Of a stretch of 64,000 nt of DNA, positions 53,729 through 62,631 are shown one piece after another. Made by a program: the position numbers and the translations under genes. This DNA comes from an uncultured Clostridia bacterium (lineage in GTDB: Bacteria; Bacillota; Clostridia; Christensenellales; Aristaeellaceae), in assembly GCA_937894675.1 (NCBI GenBank), contig CALCQO010000045.1, forward strand, positions 103,937 through 167,936, written 5' to 3'. Numbering within the stretch: position 1 is the first letter of the stretch; each line of letters starts with the position of its first letter. Under the pieces are notes generated by a model that was given only the letters and a program-made list of their open reading frames with translations, was not told the DNA's origin and did not search any database.

Positions 53729-54616
53729 ATGGAGCATATTGTCAGCACACAGCAGGCGGGACAGACGGTGCGCCAGGTAGCCCTGGGCACGCTGAAGCTG
53801 TCCCGGGGGGCGCTGAGCCGGCTGAAGTTTACAGGGGGCATCCGGCTGAACGGGCAGCAGGCGCGCAGCACCCAGCGGGTGAGCGCCGGGGATGTGCTGT
53901 GTTTTGTGCTGACTGAGCCTGATGTGCCCCAGCCCTTGCCCTCCCCCCATCCCCTGATGGCGGTTTGGGAGGATGAACACCTGCTGATTGCCGACAAGCC
54001 CGCGCCGCTGGCGACCCTGCCCTCCAGGCACCAGCAGGGAGAAACCCTGGTAAACCGGGTATACAGCCACCTAGGCTGCCCCGAACATTTTGTGTACCGG
54101 CCGGTGAACCGGCTGGACAAGGGCACCAGCGGGCTGTTGTGTATCGCCAAGGACGCCCACATCCACCAGCTGCTGCAGCGGCAGCTGCACACCGGGCTGT
54201 TTGAACGGGAGTATCTGGCTGTCTGCCAAGGCGCGCCGCCCGAAGAACAGGGCGTCATCGACCTGCCCCTGGGCAAGGGCGAGGGCATCCTGCGCAGGGT
54301 AGACCCCCAGGGACGAAAGGCCGTTACCCTGTATCAGGTGCTGAGGCGTAAGGGCTCCTATTCCCTGCTGAAACTGTCGCTGCTGACGGGACGCACCCAC
54401 CAGATTCGGGCGCATGTAAGCGCCATCGGCTGCCCCATCGTGGGGGATTACCTCTACGGCACCCCTCACCCTGCATTGCCCGGCCGCTTTGCCCTGCACG
54501 CTTTCCATCTGCGCCTGCGCCATCCCATCAGCGGGCAGGACCTCTGCCTTGAATCCCCCTTGCCAAAGGAACTGCGGAATCTGCTGGAGTATCCCCAGCC
54601 GCAAACGAACATTTGA
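53729..54616 (+). CDS. RluA-family (RluD-like) pseudouridine synthase
   Basis: ORF 53681 trimmed to ATG 53729 (AAAGGAGGG upstream). S4-like N-terminus, catalytic HRLDKGTSGLL-type motif (NRLDKGTSGLL), and GRTHQIRAH. Confidence 0.85.
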   Translation: MEHIVSTQQAGQTVRQVALGTLKLSRGALSRLKFTGGIRLNGQQARSTQRVSAGDVLCFVLTEPDVPQPLPSPHPLMAVWEDEHLLIADKPAPLATLPSRHQQGETLVNRVYSHLGCPEHFVYRPVNRLDKGTSGLLCIAKDAHIHQLLQRQLHTGLFEREYLAVCQGAPPEEQGVIDLPLGKGEGILRRVDPQGRKAVTLYQVLRRKGSYSLLKLSLLTGRTHQIRAHVSAIGCPIVGDYLYGTPHPALPGRFALHAFHLRLRHPISGQDLCLESPLPKELRNLLEYPQPQTNI

Positions 54617-54629
54617 ACTGCCTGTAAAC

Positions 54630-54675
54630 ACGCTGTTTTCCTGCTTTCTAGTGCAGGAAAACAGCGTTTGCATTC
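54630..54675 (+). terminator. Intrinsic terminator
   Basis: 15-bp stem ACGCTGTTTTCCTGC-8 nt loop-GCAGGAAAACAGCGT followed by TTGCATTCGTT. Confidence 0.75.
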
Positions 54676-54716
54676 GTTGTATCAGTGAAACCCACAGAAA
54701 AGAGGATTGATTTTTG

Positions 54717-55703
54717 ATGAAGAAACTTTTGTCCCTGATGCTGGCAATAGCCCTGCTGTTGTCCCTGGCGCCTGCCTCGCTGGCTGCAAGCGACAGCTTG
54801 AAGGTAGAGATTGTGAAGGAGCTGACCTTCCAGGACTACACCGGAGAGATGGATGCCTTTACCCTGCTGAACCAGAATGCCTACCCGGTAAACGTTACCA
54901 TCCAGGTGTACGACCAGGCCGCCAAAGCCAATGTACAGACCCTGCATGTCAGCCTGAACCCCGGCGACGCGCCTTTGCCCATCAAGGCCCGGGTGTACAA
55001 GAACCTGCCCCGCAAGGGCAGCATCAACCTGTACCGCTACACCATCACCACCCCGGGCGGCTACAAAAGCGAGGTTTTTGTCGCCCAAAAGTTGATGGAT
55101 TACAACCAGCAGGGACAGCCCATCTACAACCAGTACCACAATGTACATCTGCGCAACAACACCGCTTCTTCCTTCGGGCCCCAGTTTCGGGAAGTGACCC
55201 CGGGGATGACGGATTTGTGGTACATGTTCACCGCGCTGGATTTAACCGTCCAAGGCCGCCAGACCTATGAACTAGTGGCCAGCAACATGTATGTGATTGG
55301 CGAAGTGTATGTGGATGTGTACGGCGACACCGTAACCATCTCCTACCGCAACTACTATGATGACCAGGGCGGCGAAACCAGGACCCGTCAGGAGTTCCTG
55401 GGGCTGTACAATTCCTACGCCGATGTGGTGCTGCCCACCGACGTGCCGGTAAAATCCTATGTGAACCCGCCCACCAGGTTTGCTTTCGGTATGCCCTTCA
55501 GCATCCAGTACGATTTGGGCGGAGACACCAATGTGCTGATGCTGGTGCGCAATGTGGTGGATTACTGGCGCTTCCCTCTGCCTACGGATACCGAGTTCAG
55601 CCGCTTCTGGGCCAACAGCCCCGGCAACAAAGCCATGCGGGAGAGCATGCTTTCCTTTATGGATCCCATTTTCCCCGCCCTGCCGCCGGAGGGCGGCAAG
55701 TAG
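54717..55703 (+). CDS. Secreted protein of unknown function
   Basis: ATG 54717 (AAAGAGGA 10 nt upstream). Signal peptide MKKLLSLMLAIALLLSLAPASLAA. 328 aa, beta-rich, with no motif I recognise. Confidence 0.65.
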   Translation: MKKLLSLMLAIALLLSLAPASLAASDSLKVEIVKELTFQDYTGEMDAFTLLNQNAYPVNVTIQVYDQAAKANVQTLHVSLNPGDAPLPIKARVYKNLPRKGSINLYRYTITTPGGYKSEVFVAQKLMDYNQQGQPIYNQYHNVHLRNNTASSFGPQFREVTPGMTDLWYMFTALDLTVQGRQTYELVASNMYVIGEVYVDVYGDTVTISYRNYYDDQGGETRTRQEFLGLYNSYADVVLPTDVPVKSYVNPPTRFAFGMPFSIQYDLGGDTNVLMLVRNVVDYWRFPLPTDTEFSRFWANSPGNKAMRESMLSFMDPIFPALPPEGGK

Positions 55704-55730
55704 ACAATCGCCGATTCCGAAAGATTTCCG

Positions 55731-55763
55731 CGGGCAACCTGATGAACAGGTTGCCCGTTTTTT
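55731..55763 (+). terminator. Intrinsic terminator
   Basis: CGGGCAACCT-GATGAAC-AGGTTGCCCG followed by TTTTTT. Confidence 0.85.
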
Positions 55764-55845
55764 ACATTCTTGTTATGAAATATTCACAAAATCATGTATA
55801 ATAAGGTGTGTCTCTATGGAGACGCGCAAGGAGGATACCGATATC

Positions 55846-57492
55846 ATGGATGATTTGGATAAGAAGATAGAAGCGGCCAAGGCGGAAGAGGAAACCATGC
55901 CCGCCATGCAGGAGATTGTGCATCAGGAGATCTGGGACACCCTGCCGGAGGAAAAAAAGGACATCGTGCAGGAGATTGCCCAGGAAGTCGCCGAGGAAAA
56001 GGGGGTGCCCCTGGCCAACCCCTTCGCCTGGGAGGAACACCCGGACAACCATGTGATGATGCAGTACTTTGAGTGGTACCTGGCCGATGACGGCAACCAC
56101 TACCAGCGTCTGATTGACGATGTGCCCCATTTGAAGGAAATGGGCGTGGGCGGCGTCTGGCTGCCGCCGGCGTGCAAGGCGACAGGCACCAACGATGTGG
56201 GCTACGGCATCTACGATTTATATGATTTGGGCGAGTTTGACCAGAAGGGCTCGGTGCGCACCAAGTACGGCACCAAAAAGCAGTTCCTGTCCGCCATCAA
56301 AGCCCTGCAGAAAAGCGGCATCCAGGCTTACGCCGATGTGGTGCTTAACCACAAGGCGGGGGCGGACAAGGCGGAAACCTTTAAAGTGGTAATGGTCAGC
56401 GAAGACAACCGGGAGCATCAGGTGAGCGAACCCTTTGACATCGACGGCTGGACGGGCTTTACCTTCCCCGGAAGAAAGAACAGGTATTCCAAATTCAAAT
56501 GGAACTTCCAGCACTTCACCGCCGTGAACTTTGACAACAAAACAGGCAAGATGGCCATCTACCGCATCCTGGGTGAGAACAAGGACTTTTCCGGCAATGT
56601 CAACCAGGAGAAGGGCAATTTTGACTACCTGATGTTCTCGGACATCGACTATCGTAACAAGGATGTTATCGATGAGACATTCGCCTGGTGCGACTGGTTC
56701 ATCAAGGAGACGGGCATTGACGGCATGCGCATGGACGCCATCAAGCACATCGACTCCAACTTCATGGGCGCCTTCATCCGCCACGCGAGGCTGACCAGCG
56801 ATAAACCCATGTACTTCGTGGGCGAGTACTGGCACAACGATGTGGGCGAGTTGAACCATTACATCAGCCGCACCCGGGATATGACCGCTCTGTTCGACGT
56901 GCCGCTGCACTTCCGCTTCAAGGAGGCGGCGGACCGGGGGCGGGATTATGACCTGCGCACCATCTTCGACTTTACCATGGTGCGGGAGGATCCGCTGAAC
57001 ACCGCCACCTTTGTGGACAACCACGACTCCCAGCCCGGGCAAGCCCTGGAAAGTTGGGTGCAGGACTGGTTCAAGCCCCTGGCCTACGCCCTGATTCTGC
57101 TGCGCAAGGACGGTTATCCCTGCGTATTCTACGGCGATTATTACGGCATCGGCGGCGAGCACGCCATCCCCGGCAAAAGGGATATGCTGGACAGGCTGCT
57201 GACCGCCCGCAAATACAACGCCTACGGCGAGCAGTGGGATTACTTTGACGAGCCGGACAGCATCGGCTGGGTGCGCAAAGGGGACGCCCGCCACCCCAAC
57301 AGCGGCCTAGCGGTGGTGATGAGCAACGGCGGGGACGCGGTGAAATATATGTCCCTGGGCGAGGAGCACAAAAACACCACCTGGTACGATACCACCGGCA
57401 CCATCATGGGCATGATTACCCTGGATGATTCGGGCAGCGCTCACTTCCCCTGCAAGGGCGGCAGCGTCAGCGTTTTCGTCAAGAAGGTATAA
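55846..57492 (+). CDS. GH13 alpha-amylase (Bacillus licheniformis/AmyA-like), no signal peptide
   Basis: ORF 55552 trimmed to ATG 55846 (AAGGAGGA 11 nt upstream). MMQYFEWY, DVVLNH, GMRMDAIKH, VGEYW, FVDNHD are conserved GH13 regions. An acidic N-terminal extension of about 50 aa precedes them. Confidence 0.85.
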   Translation: MDDLDKKIEAAKAEEETMPAMQEIVHQEIWDTLPEEKKDIVQEIAQEVAEEKGVPLANPFAWEEHPDNHVMMQYFEWYLADDGNHYQRLIDDVPHLKEMGVGGVWLPPACKATGTNDVGYGIYDLYDLGEFDQKGSVRTKYGTKKQFLSAIKALQKSGIQAYADVVLNHKAGADKAETFKVVMVSEDNREHQVSEPFDIDGWTGFTFPGRKNRYSKFKWNFQHFTAVNFDNKTGKMAIYRILGENKDFSGNVNQEKGNFDYLMFSDIDYRNKDVIDETFAWCDWFIKETGIDGMRMDAIKHIDSNFMGAFIRHARLTSDKPMYFVGEYWHNDVGELNHYISRTRDMTALFDVPLHFRFKEAADRGRDYDLRTIFDFTMVREDPLNTATFVDNHDSQPGQALESWVQDWFKPLAYALILLRKDGYPCVFYGDYYGIGGEHAIPGKRDMLDRLLTARKYNAYGEQWDYFDEPDSIGWVRKGDARHPNSGLAVVMSNGGDAVKYMSLGEEHKNTTWYDTTGTIMGMITLDDSGSAHFPCKGGSVSVFVKKV

Positions 57493-57615
57493 GCAAGCGC
57501 CGAGTTTTCACTGGGTACAGAATGATTCTCAAACTTTCCATTAAAAGCCGGAACGCCGCGGTCAGCGGATTCCGGTTTTTGCGTCCTGCCCGGCATGGCG
57601 CTGCCGCGCAGGTTA

Positions 57616-57624
57616 TGGTATGAT
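57616..57624 (+). promoter_or_regulatory. Extended -10 element TGGTATGAT upstream of the AKR-ferredoxin gene
   Basis: TGGTATGAT lies 33 nt upstream of ATG 57657 with no recognisable -35. It is the same nonamer that ends every CRISPR repeat. Confidence 0.45.
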
Positions 57625-57656
57625 GCAATCAGCAATCAATATTTGGAGGGTAGGGT

Positions 57657-58805
57657 ATGAAATACCGTCAGCTTGGCAATACCCAATTACAAGTCAGCGA
57701 AGTAGGGCTGGGGTGCGAGGGCATGATTGGCGCCGCGCCCGAGCTGATCCGCCAATTGGTGGACACAGCTTTTGACAGCGGCATGAACTTTTTGGACCTC
57801 TTCAGCCCTGACCCGGCTGTGCGCAGCACCCTGCGCGAATGCCTACAGGGACGGCGGGACAGGATGTACATCCAGGGCCACATCGGGGTTTGCTGGCAGG
57901 ACAACCAGTACCTGCGCACCCGGGAAGAGAATTTGGTTACCGCGTCCTTTGAGGACTTGCTGCGACGCCTAGAAACGCCCTATCTGGACGTGGGCATGAT
58001 TCACTATGTGGACAATCAGACCGATTTTGATCTGGTATTCAACGGTTGGCTGATGCCTTATGTGCAGGACTTGAAAAAGGCCGGGCGCATCCGCTATACG
58101 GGGCTTAGCTCCCACAACCCGGAAATCGCCCTGCAGGCGGTGAAAACCGGGCTGATTGACGTGCTGATGTTCAGCGTGAACCCATGCTACGACCTGCAGC
58201 CGCCCAGGGAAGAGTTTGACGATGTGTGGACGCCCAAAAACTATGAACAGCCCCTGACCAACATCGACCCCGTCCGGGATACCCTGTACAAGACCTGTGA
58301 AGCAATGGGCGTTGGCATCGTGGTGATGAAGGCCTTTGGCGGGGGCGATTTGCTCAGCGACAAATGGTCGCCCTTTGGCAAGGCGATGACGCCGGAGCAC
58401 TGCCTCCACTACGCCCTGACCCGCCCGGCCGCCGCCTGCGTGGTGGGCGGTTTCCGCAGCAGCCAGGAGGTTGCCCAGGCAGGCGCCTACTCCGAACTGC
58501 CCGACAGCCAGCGGGACTACGCCGCCTTCCTGAAGGATGTGCCCCTGCACCGCTATGAGGGCAAGTGCATCTACTGCGGCCACTGCGCCCCCTGCGTGGT
58601 GGGCATCGACATCGCCATGGTGAACAAATTCAACGACCTGGCCAAGGTGCAGGACTTCGTGCCCGACAGCGTCCGCGGCCACTATGAAGCCCTTGACCAC
58701 CACGGCAGCGAGTGCATCGCCTGCGGCCAATGCCTAGAAAACTGCCCCTTCCAGGTGCCCATCATCGAAAAGATGGCGGAAGCCGCGGAGACATTTGGGC
58801 GGTAA
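57657..58805 (+). CDS. Aldo/keto reductase fused to a C-terminal 4Fe-4S ferredoxin-type domain
   Basis: AKR N-terminus (LGCEGM..., GLSSHNP) plus CIYCGHCAPC and CIACGQCLENCP cysteine clusters. Confidence 0.8.
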   Translation: MKYRQLGNTQLQVSEVGLGCEGMIGAAPELIRQLVDTAFDSGMNFLDLFSPDPAVRSTLRECLQGRRDRMYIQGHIGVCWQDNQYLRTREENLVTASFEDLLRRLETPYLDVGMIHYVDNQTDFDLVFNGWLMPYVQDLKKAGRIRYTGLSSHNPEIALQAVKTGLIDVLMFSVNPCYDLQPPREEFDDVWTPKNYEQPLTNIDPVRDTLYKTCEAMGVGIVVMKAFGGGDLLSDKWSPFGKAMTPEHCLHYALTRPAAACVVGGFRSSQEVAQAGAYSELPDSQRDYAAFLKDVPLHRYEGKCIYCGHCAPCVVGIDIAMVNKFNDLAKVQDFVPDSVRGHYEALDHHGSECIACGQCLENCPFQVPIIEKMAEAAETFGR

Positions 58806-58874
58806 ACAAGAAGTAGGCTGTTTTTATCTTTCATGGTTTGCCATTTCGATTTTCTTACGCCAATCAGAAACGAT

Positions 58875-58907
58875 AACGGGTTATGTGAAGCACATAACCC
58901 GTTTTTT
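58875..58907 (+). terminator. Intrinsic terminator
   Basis: AACGGGTTATGTG-AAG-CACATAACCCGTT with a trailing T run. Confidence 0.85.
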
Positions 58908-58997
58908 ATCGAAAAGATTCCGCACTTTTGACCTGGGTCAAAGTATCTTTGTCTGTTCTGCGGTAAGATAAAGCCATCAAGAGGAAAGCAGGTTTTT

Positions 58998-59303
58998 ATG
59001 ATGAAAGAGCAGAGCAAGTTTTTTGATGTTTCCAAAGCCCATTTGAAGACCCTGGGGGTGTATGTGCCGGTGGTGGACCGGGTGCACGGCGCCCATCATC
59101 CTGAATTTCACGAGGTGCGGCGGCTGTTTGACATGATGGCGGACAAAATCGGCAAGGCGGGCAAGGACATTCCCCAGCTGACAGAAGAATTTCTGCAGCT
59201 GCGCCAGGTGACCGACTCCTACAAGGTACCGGGGGATGTCTGCGAGAGCTACGAGGCAGTGTATAAAATGCTGGCGGAAATAGATCAAGCCTATCACGGA
59301 TAA
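58998..59303 (+). CDS. Small hemerythrin/RIC(YtfE)-like protein
   Basis: 101 aa. VDRVHGAHHPEFHEVRRLF resembles the V.RVHG..HPEL...LF helix of RIC/hemerythrin-type di-iron proteins. The match is tentative. Confidence 0.45.
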   Translation: MMKEQSKFFDVSKAHLKTLGVYVPVVDRVHGAHHPEFHEVRRLFDMMADKIGKAGKDIPQLTEEFLQLRQVTDSYKVPGDVCESYEAVYKMLAEIDQAYHG

Positions 59304-59314
59304 GGGGGGATAAC

Positions 59315-61168
59315 ATGCAGCGCACGATACTCAGGAACAAGAAACTCATTACACTCATCAGCGGCATTTTGGTCGCCGCGGCGTTTGCAAGCCACTACTT
59401 GCTGCACAACGGCCCCCTCGCGGAAGGGCTGATGCTGGCAGCCTCCATCATCGGCGTGCTTCCCATCGCGCTGCAAGCCTACCAGGCGCTTCGGGTAAAA
59501 GTGGTAAGCATCGACGTGCTGGTAACCATCGCCGTCATCGGCGCGTTGGTAATTGGCAACTATGAAGAATCCGCCGTGGTTACCTTCCTCTTCCTCTTTG
59601 GGGATTACCTGGAACTGCGCACGCTGAACAAGACCCGCTCCGCCATACGGGAGCTGACCCAGATGGCCCCTGAGAGCGCGCTGAAGCAGATGGAAGACGG
59701 CAGTTATCAGGAAGTGCTGATTGATGAAGTGGACATCGGCGACAACCTGCGGGTGCTGACCGGCGCCAAGGTGCCGGTGGACGGCCGGGTGCTGACCGGC
59801 GAAGGCCATGTGAACGAGGCGAGCATCACAGGCGAAGCGGTGCCTGTGAGCAAGCATGAGGGAGACTCGGTGTTCGCCGGAACCATTCTGGACAACGGCA
59901 CCCTGCACATCGTGGCGGACCGGGTGGGCGAGGACACGACCTTTGGCCGCATCATCGAGCTGGTGGAGGAAGCCCAGGACGCCAAATCCGAAGCGGAGCG
60001 CTTCATCGACCGATTCGCCAAGTGGTATACACCCGCGGTGCTGGTGCTGGCGCTTGTCGTATGTCTCGTGACCCGCAACATCGAACTGGCCATCACCATT
60101 CTTGTACTGGGCTGCCCCGGGGCGCTGGTCATCGGCGTACCGGTATCCAATGTGGCCGGCATCGGCAACGGCGCGCGCCATGGGGTGCTGCTGAAGGGCA
60201 GCGAAGTCATCCACGACTTCAGCCGGGTAGACACGATGGTGTTCGATAAAACCGGTACCCTGACCATCGGCCGCCCCAAGGTGGCGGAAGTGAAGCACTA
60301 CCATGAAGAACAGGACGAGACCCGGGCCCTGATCTACAGCGTGGAAAGCCAGTCCGACCATCCCCTGGCAAGGGCAATCGTTGAGCACTTATCAGACATG
60401 ACCCCCTACCCGGTGGAAAAGACCGATGTGGTGAAGGGCGGCGGCATCGTCGCCCAGGTGAACGGCCAGCGGGTGGCGGTGGGCAACCTGGCTTTGATGC
60501 AGCAGGAAGGGGTTGCCATCAGCGAATCGGCCATGGACGACATCGCCGCCATGGAAAAAGCAGGTCAATCCATCGTGATGACCAGCGTGGAAGGCCAATT
60601 GCGCGCCCTAGTGGGCATCCGGGATCAGCTGCGCCCCAAGGTAAAGGAAGACCTGCAGCGCCTAAAGCGCATGGGTGTCAAGCACCTGGTGCTGCTGTCC
60701 GGTGATAACCAGGGTACGGTGGACCTGGTGGCCAGCGAACTGGGGCTGACGGAAGCCCACGGCCACATGCTGCCTGAAGACAAGGCCGCCTACATCAAGG
60801 ACCTGCAGAAGCAGGGGCGCATCGTGGCCTTCGTAGGCGACGGCGTGAACGACAGTCCCTCCCTCGCCCTGGCCCAAATCGGCATCGCCATGGGCAGCGG
60901 CACCGACATCGCCATTGAAACAAGCGATGTGGTGCTGATGAACTCCGACTTCAGCCGCCTGCCCCACGCCTTGGGCCTGGCCAAAGCCACCGCCTTCAAC
61001 ATGCTGCAGAACATCGTCATCGCCATCGGCGTGGTGCTGGTGCTGCTCTTCAGCCTCTTCTTCAGCACCTGGATGAACATGTCCATCGGCATGCTGGTGC
61101 ACGAAGCCAGCATCCTGGTTGTTATCCTCAACGGCATGCGCCTGCTGCGCTACAAGCCGCGGGCATAA
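59315..61168 (+). CDS. P1B-type heavy-metal-translocating ATPase lacking an N-terminal HMA domain; CPG transmembrane motif
   Basis: TGEAVPV, CPG at 60113-60121 in the usual CPC position, DKTGTLT, GDGVNDSPSL, HEASILVVILNGMRLL. 617 aa. Confidence 0.85.
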   Translation: MQRTILRNKKLITLISGILVAAAFASHYLLHNGPLAEGLMLAASIIGVLPIALQAYQALRVKVVSIDVLVTIAVIGALVIGNYEESAVVTFLFLFGDYLELRTLNKTRSAIRELTQMAPESALKQMEDGSYQEVLIDEVDIGDNLRVLTGAKVPVDGRVLTGEGHVNEASITGEAVPVSKHEGDSVFAGTILDNGTLHIVADRVGEDTTFGRIIELVEEAQDAKSEAERFIDRFAKWYTPAVLVLALVVCLVTRNIELAITILVLGCPGALVIGVPVSNVAGIGNGARHGVLLKGSEVIHDFSRVDTMVFDKTGTLTIGRPKVAEVKHYHEEQDETRALIYSVESQSDHPLARAIVEHLSDMTPYPVEKTDVVKGGGIVAQVNGQRVAVGNLALMQQEGVAISESAMDDIAAMEKAGQSIVMTSVEGQLRALVGIRDQLRPKVKEDLQRLKRMGVKHLVLLSGDNQGTVDLVASELGLTEAHGHMLPEDKAAYIKDLQKQGRIVAFVGDGVNDSPSLALAQIGIAMGSGTDIAIETSDVVLMNSDFSRLPHALGLAKATAFNMLQNIVIAIGVVLVLLFSLFFSTWMNMSIGMLVHEASILVVILNGMRLLRYKPRA

Positions 61169-61198
61169 CAAAGAACCATACAGAAAAGGAGAATCATC

Positions 61199-61420
61199 AT
61201 GAAAAAAGCAACCATCCAGCTGGAAACCCTCACCTGCCCCTCCTGCATGACCAAGATTGAGGCCGCCCTGAAAGGCCTGGAGGGCGTCAACAAGGACACC
61301 CTGAGCGTCTCCTTCAATACCAGCAAGGCCAAGGTGGACTATGACGACAGCAAAGTCGCCATCGAGGACATCACTAAGCGGATCACCGATTTGGGCTACG
61401 AAGTGAAAAAACCCAGGTGA
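61199..61420 (+). CDS. Stand-alone heavy-metal-associated (HMA, CopZ-like) protein
   Basis: 73 aa. LTCPSCMTKIEAALKGLEGV is the CxxC ferredoxin-fold metal-binding motif. RBS AAAGGAGA. Confidence 0.8.
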   Translation: MKKATIQLETLTCPSCMTKIEAALKGLEGVNKDTLSVSFNTSKAKVDYDDSKVAIEDITKRITDLGYEVKKPR

Positions 61421-61461
61421 AGGATCTGTAAGTTGACATCGAACTAGGAACAGAAAGTTGA

Positions 61462-61508
61462 AAGGAAAGCCCTCTCTCCGGCAGGTTGCGGGAGAGAGGG
61501 CTCTTTCG
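61462..61508. terminator. Bidirectional terminator
   Basis: CCCTCTCTCC-10 nt loop-GGAGAGAGGG with T-rich flanks on both strands, between convergent genes. Confidence 0.75.
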
Positions 61509-61526
61509 TTGCTTAAATTGTAATAA

Positions 61527-62630
61527 CTACACCAGTTGACGCCGGTTACGCTCGGCTTCCAGCTCTTCCGAGTCGGCGGCGTACCACATGGCGCCAGGGA
61601 AGCGGAGGTAGCAGGTCTCGCCCTGGGCAAACTCGTTGCGGTGGGGCGTCTGAATCTTGATGACAGCGTCCCCCACTTTTACCAGGTATTCGGCATGGTT
61701 GGTCAGGAAACTGCGCTTGACAACCTCGGAGGGGTAGCCGGAGGTTCTGTTCATGTCAATCTGGTTGGGGCGGGTGGCCATAATCATTCGGGATTCTGCA
61801 TTAGCAGGAACCTCCACCGGCAGGGCATTCTCAGGATCGCCTTCCGGATACGCCTTTCCATCCCGTATGTTGACATAGGTGAAAGTGGACAGACCCAGGA
61901 ACTTGTGCACGAACTGGTTGATGGGCTGGTTGTACAGTTCTGTGGGGGTGCCTACCTGAATCACCTTGCCCATGTCCATCACCATCATCCGGTCGGACAG
62001 CGCCATGGCTTCCGACTGATCGTGGGTAACAAAGACGATGGTGAAGTTGAACTCCTTCTGCAACTCCTTGATTTCAAAGCGCATGCTTTCCCGCAACTTG
62101 GGGTCCAAATTGCTCAGGGGCTCATCCAGCAGCATGACTTCCGGATTGGTAACAATGGCCCGAGCCAGGGCGATGCGCTGCTGCTGGCCGCCGGACAGGG
62201 AGCCGGGGAACACCTTCTCCATACCGTCCAGGCTGGTGTGTTTGAGGGCTTTGGCGACGCGCTCGTGCATCTGAGCCTTGTCCACTTTGCGCACCTTCAG
62301 GGGGAAGGCGACATTTTCAAAGATGTTCAGGTGAGGCCAAACAGCAAAGGACTGAAACACCATACCCAGACCACGCTCTTCAGGCGGGACATACAGATTC
62401 TTGGATTTGACGGACACAGGCCTGCCGCAAAGGTGGATTTCCCCTTCCGTCAGGTCTTCAAAACCGGCTATCATCCTAAGGGTAGTGGTTTTGCCGCAGC
62501 CGGAGGGGCCCAGGAAGGAAAAGCATTCCCCTTTCTGGATGGTAAGGTTGAGGTTATCTACCGCTGTTACGGTGCCCAGGGTTTTTGTGGTGAAGTTTTT
62601 TGTAACATTCTTTAATACTATCTGATCCAT
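61527..62630 (-). CDS. ABC importer ATPase (FbpC/PotA-like)
   Basis: ORF trimmed to ATG 62630. GPSGCGKTT, LSGGQQQRIALARA, MLLDEP, and a C-terminal TOBE-like domain. Confidence 0.85.
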   Translation of the reverse strand: MDQIVLKNVTKNFTTKTLGTVTAVDNLNLTIQKGECFSFLGPSGCGKTTTLRMIAGFEDLTEGEIHLCGRPVSVKSKNLYVPPEERGLGMVFQSFAVWPHLNIFENVAFPLKVRKVDKAQMHERVAKALKHTSLDGMEKVFPGSLSGGQQQRIALARAIVTNPEVMLLDEPLSNLDPKLRESMRFEIKELQKEFNFTIVFVTHDQSEAMALSDRMMVMDMGKVIQVGTPTELYNQPINQFVHKFLGLSTFTYVNIRDGKAYPEGDPENALPVEVPANAESRMIMATRPNQIDMNRTSGYPSEVVKRSFLTNHAEYLVKVGDAVIKIQTPHRNEFAQGETCYLRFPGAMWYAADSEELEAERNRRQLV

Positions 62631-62631
62631 A

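Noticed and set aside
59294-61630. Minus-strand ORFs 59294-60388 (364 aa), 59707-60279 and 60662-61630 (322 aa).
   Set aside because: They are antisense to the P-type ATPase and HMA genes, which carry unambiguous DKTGT, GDGVND and CxxC motifs.
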